A stretch of DNA of 60,387 bases, taken from Sumerlaeia bacterium (GTDB lineage: Bacteria; Sumerlaeota; Sumerlaeia; SLMS01; JAHLLQ01). Below the pieces are notes generated by a model, which ran no database searches, was not told the origin of the DNA, and worked only from the letters and a program-made list of their open reading frames with translations. The stretch is from assembly GCA_040219255.1 (NCBI GenBank), contig JAVJSW010000043.1:1-60387 (forward strand), in the 5' to 3' direction. Of this stretch, positions 9,590-19,661 are shown piece after piece; positions within the stretch are counted from its first letter, which is position 1; each line of letters opens with the position of its first letter. Made by a program: the position numbers and the translations under genes.

Positions 9590-11431
9590 ATGGCAACGCT
9601 GCTGCTCGTCTTCGGTTCCGCCGCGCTCTATCTGCTGGCCTATCACACCTACGGACGATGGTTGGCGCGAAAAATTTTCGCCCTCGACGCCCTGCGCCCC
9701 ACGCCCGCCATTGCCTGTCAGGACGGCAAGGATTTCATCCCCAGCGACAAGGCCGTCGTCTTCGGCCATCACTTCACCTCCATCGCGGGCACAGGCCCTA
9801 TCGTCGGCCCCGCGATCGCGGTCATCTGGGGCTGGGTTCCGGCGCTGATCTGGGTCCTGGTGGGCAGCATCGCAATGGGCGCGGTCCACGATTTCGGCGC
9901 CCTGGTCATGAGTCTCCGCGCCCAGGGCCGCACCATCGGCGACACCAGCGGCGACCTCCTCAACCACCGCGTCCGTCTGCTGTTTCAGATTATTATCCTG
10001 TTCGCACTCTGGATTATTATCGCCATCTTCGGCCTCGTGGTGGCCATCATCTTCGCCTACTATCCCGAGTCCGTTTTCCCCGTCTGGATTCAGCTCCCCA
10101 TCGCCATCGGCCTCGGCTACTACATGACGAGCCGCCGCGCCTCGGCCAAGGGCGTCCTGCTCGCCGGTCTCGGCTGCGCCCTGGCGCTCTACGGGGCGAT
10201 CTGGCTTTCCAGCACCATCCCCGCTCTGCAATTCGCCGTCGTCACCACCGACGCCCAGGCCGCCGCCGTCGGCGAAGGCGTCTCCGTTCTCCAACTGCCC
10301 TTCCTCTCGGCGGTCGGATTCTGGACTATCGTACTTCTGGTGTATGCTTATGTGGCCAGCATCCTGCCAGTGAATAGGCTTCTCCAGCCCCGCGACTACA
10401 TCAACGCGTACCAGCTCATCCTGGCCATGGGCCTCGTCGCGCTGGGCGTGGTGCTGGCGCGGCCGGAGATCGTGGCCCCCGCCCTCGACCTCAATACCGA
10501 TAAGGCCGGGGTGCCGCCTTGGGCGCCGTTCCTGTTCATCACGATCGCCTGCGGGGCTTGTTCCGGGTTCCACTGCCTGGTCAGCAGCGGCTGCTCGAGC
10601 AAACAGCTCCGCAACGAACGCGATGCCCAGTTCGTCGGCTACGGCTCCATGCTGGTCGAGGGCTTCCTGGCGGTGCTGGTGATCGTGGCCTGCGTCGCGG
10701 GCATCGGGCTGGGGCGCAATGGCCTCGAAGGCGCCGACGCCTGGAACGCCAGCTACGCCTCCTTCACCAGTGGCCTCGGCATCCTTGGCGCTTTTGTCGA
10801 GGGCGCCGCCAACATGATGGACCGCATCCCCGGCATGACCCACACCTTCGGCGTCGGCATCATCGGGGTTTTCGTGGCGGCTTTCGCGGCGACGACGCTG
10901 GACACGGCGACGCGCTTGCAGCGCTACGTCATCAGCGAAGTTGGCAAGACCGTCAAACTCCCGGCCCTTCAGAACCGCTATCTGGCGACCGGGCTGGCGG
11001 TGGGCACAGCGCTGGGGCTGGCGTTCTTCGATGCGTTCACCAACGAAGCGGGCATCGCCGAGGGCTTCCGGTCTGGAGGAAAAGGCGCCTTCCTCACCCT
11101 CTGGCCCCTCTTCGGCGCCACCAACCAGCTCCTCGCCGGATTGGCGCTGCTGGTGCTCAGCGTGTGGCTCCTGCGGCGGGGCAAACCAATCTGGATCGCG
11201 GCGATTCCCATGACGTTCATGCTGGGCATGACGGGATGGGCGCTGGTGTACCAGCTCATCGGCTTCGCCGGGGGCGAGGGCCGGAACCTGTTCCTGTTCA
11301 CGGTGGGTCTGGTGATTGTGGCCCTGGAGGTCTGGATGCTGGCGGAGGCCATCGCCTTCGCGGTTCGTTACCACAAGAAGCGCCGGGCCGGCGAAGTGCG
11401 GCTGGACCACGACGAACCCATGGCGGCCTGA
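9590..11431 (+). CDS. cstA: carbon starvation protein A family transporter
   Basis: GHHFTSIAGTGPIVGP, LLQPRDY, TIACGACSGFH, GYGSMLVE, LWPLFGATNQLL; many transmembrane segments. Confidence 0.93.
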   Translation: MATLLLVFGSAALYLLAYHTYGRWLARKIFALDALRPTPAIACQDGKDFIPSDKAVVFGHHFTSIAGTGPIVGPAIAVIWGWVPALIWVLVGSIAMGAVHDFGALVMSLRAQGRTIGDTSGDLLNHRVRLLFQIIILFALWIIIAIFGLVVAIIFAYYPESVFPVWIQLPIAIGLGYYMTSRRASAKGVLLAGLGCALALYGAIWLSSTIPALQFAVVTTDAQAAAVGEGVSVLQLPFLSAVGFWTIVLLVYAYVASILPVNRLLQPRDYINAYQLILAMGLVALGVVLARPEIVAPALDLNTDKAGVPPWAPFLFITIACGACSGFHCLVSSGCSSKQLRNERDAQFVGYGSMLVEGFLAVLVIVACVAGIGLGRNGLEGADAWNASYASFTSGLGILGAFVEGAANMMDRIPGMTHTFGVGIIGVFVAAFAATTLDTATRLQRYVISEVGKTVKLPALQNRYLATGLAVGTALGLAFFDAFTNEAGIAEGFRSGGKGAFLTLWPLFGATNQLLAGLALLVLSVWLLRRGKPIWIAAIPMTFMLGMTGWALVYQLIGFAGGEGRNLFLFTVGLVIVALEVWMLAEAIAFAVRYHKKRRAGEVRLDHDEPMAA

Positions 11432-11443
11432 AGGACTCGGCCG

Positions 11444-12595
11444 CTAGAGCAGGTCCTCCATATCCATGTGGGCCGACGAAAAGATGAAGTGCGTCGCCAG
11501 AGCCAGTGCCGCGCGGGGGCCGTGGTCCGCATCGTAGGGCCGGATAGTCAATTCCGTGCCATCGAGGATGGACGTCGGACAGACTTTCTCCAGTTCGGCG
11601 CGGAGCTTGTAAGCCTTGAGTTCCTCGAAATTCGGACAGGACACGATGAGACCCTGCGGATTCCAGGTCGTCAGCAGCGCGTGCGAGACCTCGACAATGT
11701 GTTGAATCCGCGATTCCGGATCGGCCGACTCGCGCGCCGAGGTTTTCTTCTTCGAACCCCGACGCGAGACGAAGGGCAGCGAGTCGATCTGGCCGGCATA
11801 GCCCTGGGCGCCGTACTCGATGCGGCCGCGGTTCACCAGGACCGCCCGGACCGGGTCCTCCATGTCGAGATAAGCGTAGCATTTGAAGCGATCCGCCTCA
11901 TCGTACCAGTAGGCCGCGATGGCGGCGGCGAGCGCCCGGTGGGCCATGATGGCGGGCACACCGAGTTCGTCCTCGATCATGTCGCGGACCTTGCGCGGCG
12001 CCGTCCGATGCGCTGGCGGATAGGGCCCATAGCGGGTCGTGTCCTCTGTCGTCACCATCGGCAATGGCCACGAAATGGCGGCTCCACAAAGGGGCACCGC
12101 CTTCTTCCTGTCTTTTTTCAAAGCTTCCTGGCCAAGACCGATCGCCTCCGCCGCCAGTTCCAGCAAGCGCCCGGGCAAAGCTTCCGTGTCTTCCAGGTCC
12201 GGCAGCGGACCGCTGAGGCTGACAATCTCTTCGCCCTGCAAGTTCGCCAATGTAACGGCCGCTTCGCCGCAGCGGACTTCCACGCCGAGCATGGTGGCCG
12301 CGTCCGGGATCAAGTGACACGGCACGGGCCGATGGCCGATGGGAATCTTGCGCTCCTCGCCCTCCGCCAGCAGTCCCGCCTTGATCAGTTCATCCACCGC
12401 GGAAGTGGTGGTCTGGATATTGAAGCCCAGAACTTTGGACAGTTCGGAGCGTGACAAGGCGCCCCGGTTGCGCAGAGCCTTGAGGATGCGAAGCCGGCGC
12501 ACCCGCTTTTTCTCCAACAACCGGCTGCTCGGAGAATTCGTCTTCTCCAGGACCAGCAAGTCGGCCCGTGTTGGAATCTCAATTTTTCGACCCAC
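11444..12595 (-). CDS. ROK-family transcriptional regulator (divergent)
   Basis: N-terminal wHTH (LSRSELSKVLG...TTTSAVDEL...GHRP) plus ROK-like domain (LANLQGE, GAQGYAGQI). Confidence 0.8.
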   Translation of the reverse strand: MGRKIEIPTRADLLVLEKTNSPSSRLLEKKRVRRLRILKALRNRGALSRSELSKVLGFNIQTTTSAVDELIKAGLLAEGEERKIPIGHRPVPCHLIPDAATMLGVEVRCGEAAVTLANLQGEEIVSLSGPLPDLEDTEALPGRLLELAAEAIGLGQEALKKDRKKAVPLCGAAISWPLPMVTTEDTTRYGPYPPAHRTAPRKVRDMIEDELGVPAIMAHRALAAAIAAYWYDEADRFKCYAYLDMEDPVRAVLVNRGRIEYGAQGYAGQIDSLPFVSRRGSKKKTSARESADPESRIQHIVEVSHALLTTWNPQGLIVSCPNFEELKAYKLRAELEKVCPTSILDGTELTIRPYDADHGPRAALALATHFIFSSAHMDMEDLL

Positions 12596-13111
12596 GAATT
12601 GGCTCCTTCAATATCGGTGACGGAGTATAGTTCACTAAACCATCGGGGAATCGGCGGGCGGCAAGCCTTTAGTCGGTCCGCGCAAGCTTTCGGTCCGCAC
12701 AAAGGTCACTTCACCCCCCGATGATCCGGCCAAAAGAGTTTCCGACGGCAAACCCAACTCTGTCACGGCTAATCTCTAAACCTTCGCGAAATTGTCGAAC
12801 TTATCTTGAGGTTTGTAAAACAAACTGAATCAGCCCACTAATCGTAGACTCGAATCCCGCCACGGAGCCCGATTTCCGGATAGCCCGAGTCCACTTTCCG
12901 GCGGCCATCCCGCCGCCAGCCTCGCCCCCCTCCGCCCCGTGGCTCCATCGTCCAACCCGCTTGCGGTCCGCATACGCTGCGATATCCTCGTCTTCGCGCG
13001 GAATGACGCACCCTTTGCCTTTGACTAGCCAAACTTTTGTTTGGCAACATTACGTCCTTTGGTGCGACTCAAGTTGCGCCCCACTGTCTCGAAAGGATTC
13101 CGTCGCTCCCG

Positions 13112-13561
13112 ATGCTTTGTCTCCGTGCCCTCACCCCCGCCCTGTTCGGCGAACTCCGCCGCCGGGAAGACTTCACCCTCGCCCAGTCCGGCGAATTGCT
13201 GCTCCCCCCGCGCGTTGTGTCCGGCGGCTCGGACCGCCGCAGGCGCCGCCTCGGCGACGATCGCATTTTTGTGGGGGCGCAAAGCATCCGCACGGCAACG
13301 CTCGCTCGCGTTGTGGACGAGCCCGCCGCCTCCGTGGAGGAGGAATTCCTGGCCTCCCCCTATGTGGCGACCTGGCGAAACGACGTAGGCGAAGGCGAGG
13401 ACCCCTGGCTCGCCCTGGCGGACCTGCATCGTCTCGCGGCGAACCTGGAGCCGCTTCGCGGCGAGCCGGTGGCCCGAATCTTCAACCGCCCGGAAACGTT
13501 CGAAATCTATCCGTTTCATTGGGAGCAAGCCCGGACGCCGACCGAGTCGGCCGACGCATAG
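13112..13561 (+). CDS. hypothetical protein
   Basis: ORF with host-like codon use; start uncertain; no recognised motif. Confidence 0.5.
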   Translation: MLCLRALTPALFGELRRREDFTLAQSGELLLPPRVVSGGSDRRRRRLGDDRIFVGAQSIRTATLARVVDEPAASVEEEFLASPYVATWRNDVGEGEDPWLALADLHRLAANLEPLRGEPVARIFNRPETFEIYPFHWEQARTPTESADA

Positions 13562-13573
13562 GCAACCGGTATC

Positions 13574-13957
13574 TCAAGCCGCCTGAGCCGCCCGGCTCTT
13601 GCGCGCGTCGATGAAGGATTTGATCCCCACCGCGATGTAGGCGATCGAGAACAGACCGACGATCAACTGGGCCCAGATCGCCCCCCGGCTGAATCCCTCG
13701 GACAAAATGACCGGGATCGCCCGGCCAAGAGTTCCCAGGAGCGCCAGCAGCGCCAGCACGAGCGCCACATGCATCAAGTGCTTGCGAGCCCCTTCCGCCT
13801 TGAGCGCGATCATGCCAAGCAGCGACACCGGCAAACCGATGAAAGCGGGAATCAGAGCCGTAACGCTGGCCATGCCCGTCCCAAAGTAAAAGCCCGCCCC
13901 AACCACAATCAGGGCCGCACCATAAAGGATTGTAAGGACCGGGAAATTGGAAACCAT
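13574..13957 (-). CDS. small membrane protein with 4 TM helices (TMEM14-like)
   Basis: Hydrophobic helices; SVTALIPAFIG and RKHLMH motifs. Confidence 0.7.
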   Translation of the reverse strand: MVSNFPVLTILYGAALIVVGAGFYFGTGMASVTALIPAFIGLPVSLLGMIALKAEGARKHLMHVALVLALLALLGTLGRAIPVILSEGFSRGAIWAQLIVGLFSIAYIAVGIKSFIDARKSRAAQAA

Positions 13958-14093
13958 CGAAGTCGTTCTCCATCGAGTCAAGTTGCGGGGCCCCATCTGC
14001 AACCCGCGTGCCCGATGGAAGTGAAGGTTGCGTCCGCACCGGGGAGAAACTATTTTCCTGCAACTTCCATCTCTCGCTTCAGGAGCAATCCCC

Positions 14094-15068
14094 ATGCAGT
14101 ATACCACCCTCGGCCCCCGCGGCCCCCGCGTCTCCACCATCGGCTTCGGAGCCTGGGCCATCGGTGGCATGAACTGGGGCCCGACGGACGACGCCGTGTC
14201 AAAACGCGCCCTGCACGAAGCCCTCGACGCGGGAGTGACTCTCCTGGACACGGCCGACGTTTATGGCTTCGGCCACTCGGAAGACTTGATCGCAGGTGTC
14301 CTGAAGGAACGCGGGTCGGCCGCCAACGAGGGCGTCGTTGTGGCGACCAAGGCCGGCAACGATTTCTACAACACCGAACCGAAAGACGACGAGGGCTATG
14401 GCCCCATCGTCAGCAACGCCGACCGCGATTACATCGTCTTCGCGGCGGAAAAGAGCCTCAAGCGCCTTGGCGTCGAGTGCCTCGACATCCTCCAACTTCA
14501 CAGCCAGCCGCTCGATCTGCTGCGCCAGGGTGGCGCATTCGAGGCCCTCGCGACCCTGAAGGAGCAGGGGAAAATCCGCCACGCGGGCTGGAGCATCAGT
14601 TCCTTCAAAGAGACCGAATCGGTCGCCCTCCTCGAACAGCACAAGGACCTGATCGACGTGATCCAGGTGCGCTACAATCTGCTCGAACGCCAGGCCGAGG
14701 ACCTGCTCTTTCCGAAAGCCCAGGAATGGGGCATCGGCGTCATCGTGCGGATTCCGATCCTGTTCGGTTTCCTCGCCGGCAAGTTCGACCAGAACAGCCG
14801 ATTCGGCGAAGACGACCACCGGCGCATGAACCTCTCGCCTGAGAAGTTGGAGCACTATCTGGCCCAGATGGAAAAGCTCCAGCCGCTCTACGACGCCTAT
14901 CCCGATCAGTCCAAGGTCCAGGTCAGCCTGCGCTTCACCACCACCCACCCGGCCTGCCACGTCGCCATCCCCGGTGGCAAGACGCCCGAGCAGGTGCGCG
15001 AGAACTGCGCGGCGAGCGACCTCGGCCCGATCCCGGCGGACCTGATCCCGGCCATCGAATCGGATTAA
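14094..15068 (+). CDS. aldo/keto reductase
   Basis: IGFGAWAIGG, DTADVYG, ATK, SLKRLG..DILQLH; AGGAG RBS. Confidence 0.92.
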   Translation: MQYTTLGPRGPRVSTIGFGAWAIGGMNWGPTDDAVSKRALHEALDAGVTLLDTADVYGFGHSEDLIAGVLKERGSAANEGVVVATKAGNDFYNTEPKDDEGYGPIVSNADRDYIVFAAEKSLKRLGVECLDILQLHSQPLDLLRQGGAFEALATLKEQGKIRHAGWSISSFKETESVALLEQHKDLIDVIQVRYNLLERQAEDLLFPKAQEWGIGVIVRIPILFGFLAGKFDQNSRFGEDDHRRMNLSPEKLEHYLAQMEKLQPLYDAYPDQSKVQVSLRFTTTHPACHVAIPGGKTPEQVRENCAASDLGPIPADLIPAIESD

Positions 15069-16837
15069 TACGTGGCCCAGCCCGCCCACGGCGGCAGCCC
15101 AAGGTCCACTTCCACCGGCCAGGGCGCCTGCGCCTCGGCCTCGCCAAAGAGCACGTCCACAGCGTGGCGCTGGGTCGAGTAGTGGCTTGAAAAACCACAG
15201 AAGAAATTCTCCAGCCCGGGCACATTGAGATCGTGGTACGGACTGCCGAAGCTCAGGTAAATCAGCGGCGTATCGATCGCCACGAGATCGCGCAGGAGCG
15301 CGTCCTGACCCGATGAGTTGTTCGGTCTCCAAGTGCGGCTGGTCACGACGACCCGGTCGGCGATGGCGGCGCGGGCAACGAGAGCCGCGCGCTCGGAATC
15401 GGAAAGGTTCGTGAACACGGTTCGAACATCGGCGGTCGGCAGCGTGGTCAAGAATGGATCGGTGAACTCAAAAGACCCATAACGATAGAATATCGAGTCG
15501 TTGGTCGAAAACGCCAGCACCAGCACATCCATGTCCGTGCTCAGGGGCAGCACGCCGGGTTGGACGCGAGCCTTCGAGAGGGCCTTCTCGCCGATCGCCT
15601 CGGCCCCGGCCCAGTGCTCCGCAGCCCCCAGGATATCGAGGTTTTCCACCGGAACCGTCGTGGCTTCCGGCAGGCCCACTTTGCTTTTGAGTCGCAGGAT
15701 GCGCCGCACCGATTGATTGATCCGTTCCTCGCTCAACTGGCCACCCAGCACGCCGTTCTTGATCCCGTTGAAGGCATCGGCCGTGCTCGGCGCCATCAGG
15801 ATCACGTCCATCCCGGCCTGCACCGCGATGCGGGCGCCGTCGGAGGTACTGATCGCGTTTTGCAAACCCGCCATGTTAAAGGCGTCGGAAATCACCACGC
15901 CCTCGAATCCCAGGTCCTCGCGCAACCATCCCGTCAGCGCCGCCTCCGACAGTGTCGCCGGCCAAGGCTGCGTCCCCGGATCGAGGCACGGATACCACAC
16001 GTGCGCCGACATCACCAGATCGCCCAAACCCTGACCGATCAGCGTTTCATACGGTTTGACGTGCGTATTGAAAACCGTGTCGCAATCCAGCGTCACCACC
16101 GGCAGCGCCAAGTGCGAGTCCAAATCCGTGTGGCCGTGGCCGGGGTAATGCTTGAACGTTGTCAGCATCCCGGCGGACGCCGCGCCTTCGACATAGGCCG
16201 CCGCCATCCGCGCCACCAAGCCCGGGTCGTCGCTCGACGACCGGATCGAGATGACCGGGTTCTTGGGTTCCGTGTTCACATCGAGCACCGGCCCAAAGCC
16301 GATCTGAATCCCGAGCGCCCGGCACTCGCGGGCGGTGACGACACCTTGCTCGCGGGCGAGCAAGGTGTCGCGCGCGGCGGCCTGAGCCATGTTCATCGGA
16401 AAGATCGTGCCCTCGGTAATCCGCGCGCCCGCCCCGGCCTCGCAATCCACCGCGAACCAGAGCGGAAAATCCGCCTGCTGCTGCAACGTATTGGTCGCGT
16501 TCAGCGCCGTCGCCGCGTCCACCCGCAGGAAAATAAACCCTCCGACGTGGTAGTTCGCCATCAGGCTCGGCGCCGACGCGGGGCTCCACTGGGGCATGAT
16601 CATCTGGCCGATTTTCTGGTCCAGCGTCATCGCCGCCAGCGCCGCCTCGACCCACGCCTCATCGGGATCGCGCAGAGCCGGAGGTGTCCAAAGCGCACCC
16701 TTCTCCCCCTCCACCGCACCGGCCAGCGCCGGAGCCTTCAGGTCGCCCTGCCGCTCATCGATCATCTCCGAAGACCCCCAAACCGTCCCCGCCAGAAGGA
16801 GCGCCGCGAGCGAACTGACCAAAACCGGAAATCTCAT
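15065..16837 (-). CDS. secreted GH3 beta-N-acetylglucosaminidase (NagZ-like)
   Basis: Signal peptide; MTLDQKIGQM, KHYPGHG.T.LDSH, ISDAFNM. Confidence 0.9.
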   Translation of the reverse strand: MRFPVLVSSLAALLLAGTVWGSSEMIDERQGDLKAPALAGAVEGEKGALWTPPALRDPDEAWVEAALAAMTLDQKIGQMIMPQWSPASAPSLMANYHVGGFIFLRVDAATALNATNTLQQQADFPLWFAVDCEAGAGARITEGTIFPMNMAQAAARDTLLAREQGVVTARECRALGIQIGFGPVLDVNTEPKNPVISIRSSSDDPGLVARMAAAYVEGAASAGMLTTFKHYPGHGHTDLDSHLALPVVTLDCDTVFNTHVKPYETLIGQGLGDLVMSAHVWYPCLDPGTQPWPATLSEAALTGWLREDLGFEGVVISDAFNMAGLQNAISTSDGARIAVQAGMDVILMAPSTADAFNGIKNGVLGGQLSEERINQSVRRILRLKSKVGLPEATTVPVENLDILGAAEHWAGAEAIGEKALSKARVQPGVLPLSTDMDVLVLAFSTNDSIFYRYGSFEFTDPFLTTLPTADVRTVFTNLSDSERAALVARAAIADRVVVTSRTWRPNNSSGQDALLRDLVAIDTPLIYLSFGSPYHDLNVPGLENFFCGFSSHYSTQRHAVDVLFGEAEAQAPWPVEVDLGLPPWAGWATY

Positions 16838-16935
16838 ACGCACCTGCTGGGAGTAGAATTCCGACGAGGGTGAAGTAATGGGGCGGGGTGTGCAAGCGGG
16901 ATGTTGCAATGGGTTGCGTGACGAAGACCTCTTTG

Positions 16936-17094
16936 AAAACCACAGAGGACACCGAGAACAGAGGTTGCACAGAGGAGTCTGGGAATAAAGAATGGTGCTT
17001 CGATTGCACTATCGCGAATGCGACTGTCATGAAAAAAGAGATAAATCCAAATCCACCAACGCTCTCTGCGTCCTCTGTGTCTCTGTGGTGATTT
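16936..17094. repeat. inverted-repeat-bounded REP/MITE-like element 2
   Basis: Left arm AAAACCACAGAGGACACCGAGAACAGAG, right arm CTCTCTGCGTCCTCTGTGTCTCTGTGGTGATTT, AT-rich interior. Confidence 0.7.
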
Positions 17095-17121
17095 AATCGA
17101 TCATCAGCAACTTGGTGTAAT

Positions 17122-18162
17122 TCAATCGCGCTCCACAGAACAGTTTTCCCCCGCCTCCAACCCCTCCCGCGCCTCCGCCAGCGCCTCCAAGTACTCCTCA
17201 AGATCCGTCACGTTCAGCAGTCGCTGCTTCAGCGCCTTCGCGTCCTTAAAGCCCCGCAGGTACTGCACCGCGTGCTTGCGGAATTCGATCAGGCCGTGGT
17301 CGCCTTTGCGCTCGACCATCATGCGGGCGTGGCGGGCCACCACATCGAGGCGGTCGGCGGCGGTCGGTTCCGGCGGGGCCGGTTCACCGCGCAGGGCCGC
17401 GCAGATCTCGGCGAAGAGCCACGGGTTGCCCATCGCCGCCCGGCCCACCATCACCCCATCGACCCCCGTGTCGCGGATCATGCGCAGGGCGTCGTCCGCA
17501 GACTTCACATCGCCATTGCCGATCACCGGCAGGCGGACGCGGTTCTTGACTTCCGACAGGATCGACCAATCAGCCTTGCCGGTGAACATCTGTTCGCGTG
17601 TGCGCGCGTGGATGCAAACCGCGTCCAGCCCCTCGTCCTCGGCCATGTGGGCCACGGCAAAGGCTTCCTCGCCATACTTCTCCCACCCGGCGCGGAACTT
17701 CACGGTGAAGGGCACCGTCAGGGCGGCGCGCATCTTCCGGAAAATCTGACGCACCAGGTCCGGTTCGCGCATCAATGCGGAACCGCCCCGGCTGCTCACC
17801 ACTTTCTTGGCGGGACAACCCATGTTCAGGTCCACGATGGTGGCGCCGGCGTCCTGGATGCGGCGGGCGCTTTCCGCCAGGGCGTCCGGATCGGCGCCGA
17901 AGACCTGAGCGATGACCGGCGTTTCCGCCGGGTCCATGTCCAGTAGCCGCCAGCACTTGTCGTCCGACCCGCGAGTCATGGCTTCGCAGCTGACCATCTG
18001 GGTGGTCACGACGGGACAGCCCAGCTCGCGGCTGATCGTGCGCCAGGGGCGGTCGCTGATGCCGCACATCGGGGCGGGCAGCACCGGGGGGTGAAAGGTG
18101 TACTCGCGGATGCGAAGGGGCGGAACGATAAGGGTTTCTGTCGTGGGAGCGACGGCGCTCAT
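17122..18162 (-). CDS. dusB: tRNA-dihydrouridine synthase
   Basis: APMCG, DLNMGCP, TVKFR.GW, IHART, IGNGDV, GVMVGR...GNPW. Confidence 0.9.
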   Translation of the reverse strand: MSAVAPTTETLIVPPLRIREYTFHPPVLPAPMCGISDRPWRTISRELGCPVVTTQMVSCEAMTRGSDDKCWRLLDMDPAETPVIAQVFGADPDALAESARRIQDAGATIVDLNMGCPAKKVVSSRGGSALMREPDLVRQIFRKMRAALTVPFTVKFRAGWEKYGEEAFAVAHMAEDEGLDAVCIHARTREQMFTGKADWSILSEVKNRVRLPVIGNGDVKSADDALRMIRDTGVDGVMVGRAAMGNPWLFAEICAALRGEPAPPEPTAADRLDVVARHARMMVERKGDHGLIEFRKHAVQYLRGFKDAKALKQRLLNVTDLEEYLEALAEAREGLEAGENCSVERD

Positions 18163-18427
18163 GACGGGATACCTGCTCGGGAATCGAAAGAAATCGTTCA
18201 CGAGAGGCAAGTTTTCGTTTTCCTCCCTCTCGCAAGCCGATAGATTGTTTCAGGAAGAGTTGCAATGCAAGCCTCCTTTCCCCGCATCGGGGTCTTGTGT
18301 TGACACCTTCGCGGTTCGATCCCCACGGTCGCCGCAGCGAGATCGTTAGGCTGCCTAAGAACCCTGCTGGCGCCCGATCCCACACCCTCCCGCCCGGCAC
18401 GCCGGGCTCTCAGGAAAGGCACCCGCG

Positions 18428-19558
18428 ATGCCGCGTCCGCTTTGCGTGATCTTCTCCGCCGCCTTGCTCTTGCTCGCCGCCCTGCCCGCCCGGGCACTGC
18501 TGGTCACACCGCTCGATGGCGGCAACCTCTCCGTCGAGATGGCGATCGCCGCCCCCACGCTGGAGCAAGCCAAGGACGAGGCCAAACTGACCGCCGTTCT
18601 GGCGTCCGTCGGCCGCGTCTACTTGTCCGAGTACCTCACCCTGGCGGATCCGCTCCTGACCAAGTACATCGAAAATTCGGCTGAGCAGTACGTCTACTCC
18701 CTCGAAATTCTCGAGGAAGACTACTCGCCAACCGAGGCCAAGATCAAAGCCCGCGTTTTTGTCGATTACCAGGGACTGATCCGCGACCTGGACGAGAAAA
18801 AGTTCCTCTACCGCCCCGAACTCAAGCCCCGCTTCGCTCCCTTTATGGCCGAGGTCTTGGACGGCGAGACCACGGAAGACGGCGACGCCCGTAACGCGCT
18901 GACGCTGGCCCTCAACGCGCTTGGCATGCGCGCCGTGGACGGTACCCTGCCAAACCCGCCTCCCAGTGCTGATGTGGCCAGCGATCCTTTCCTCCTCGAT
19001 CCCGCCATCGTCAGCGCCCAGCGCGCCGGCGTCGAAGTCATCATCTCCGGGTCGGCCAACACGGAACTCACTGATCAGCGCAAGCTCTACTACGACGACT
19101 ACTACTTCTACGAGACCACCATGAGCGCCAGCCTCGTGCGCGTGGACACCGGCGAGATCCTCTTCTCCGCCAAGGCCAGCGCCCAGGCCAGCGACCGCAA
19201 CGCGGAAAGCGCCCAGCGCCTCTCCATCGAACGCGCCGCCGAACGCGTCGCCGCCAGTCTCGTCGCCCAGTTCCAGGAGTTCTGGCCCCTCGTCGTCCAA
19301 CGCCAATCGGACTACAACGTGCTTCTCACAGGCATCGACGACGAAACGCTCGGCATCGTCATGGGCAACCTCGAACGCCTCGGCCGCAATGCTCAGGTTT
19401 TCATCCGCAAGAAATACGATCGCAGCGCCGTGCTGGCCATCGTCTTCGATGGACCCAAGGAAGAACTGCTCGAAACCCTGCGCTCGACGCCCTTCCCCAC
19501 CCTCTCCGTAATCAACCCCGAGGCGGAGAAATACTTTGAAGTTCAAGTTTCCACCTGA
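18428..19558 (+). CDS. secreted hypothetical protein (possible FlgT/CsgG-like alpha/beta domains)
   Basis: Signal peptide ending PARA; SLVRVDTGEILFS segment; strong coding bias; AGGAAAGG RBS. Confidence 0.7.
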   Translation: MPRPLCVIFSAALLLLAALPARALLVTPLDGGNLSVEMAIAAPTLEQAKDEAKLTAVLASVGRVYLSEYLTLADPLLTKYIENSAEQYVYSLEILEEDYSPTEAKIKARVFVDYQGLIRDLDEKKFLYRPELKPRFAPFMAEVLDGETTEDGDARNALTLALNALGMRAVDGTLPNPPPSADVASDPFLLDPAIVSAQRAGVEVIISGSANTELTDQRKLYYDDYYFYETTMSASLVRVDTGEILFSAKASAQASDRNAESAQRLSIERAAERVAASLVAQFQEFWPLVVQRQSDYNVLLTGIDDETLGIVMGNLERLGRNAQVFIRKKYDRSAVLAIVFDGPKEELLETLRSTPFPTLSVINPEAEKYFEVQVST

Positions 19559-19603
19559 TTTCCTTCGTTAGACTAACAAACTGGTGCCGATTTGGCTTAC
19601 AGG

Positions 19604-19630
19604 GACCCCGGACTCCTTCGGGGTCTTTTC
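19604..19630 (+). terminator. intrinsic terminator
   Basis: GACCCCGGA/TTCGGGGTC hairpin followed by TTTT. Confidence 0.6.
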
Positions 19631-19661
19631 AGTTTTACCCGTTTTCGAGGATAGACGTATT

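Noticed and set aside
9419-11410. N-terminal 660 aa of the 1796-aa minus-strand ORF
   Set aside because: It is the antisense shadow of cstA; the kinase has its own RBS and ATG at 9418
12745-12790. GGCAAAC, resembling the start of a c-di-GMP-I riboswitch
   Set aside because: No GNRA-capped P2 or P3 follows
18310-18330. GGTTCGATCCC, resembling a tRNA T-loop (also near 40647)
   Set aside because: No T-stem, acceptor stem or cloverleaf could be built
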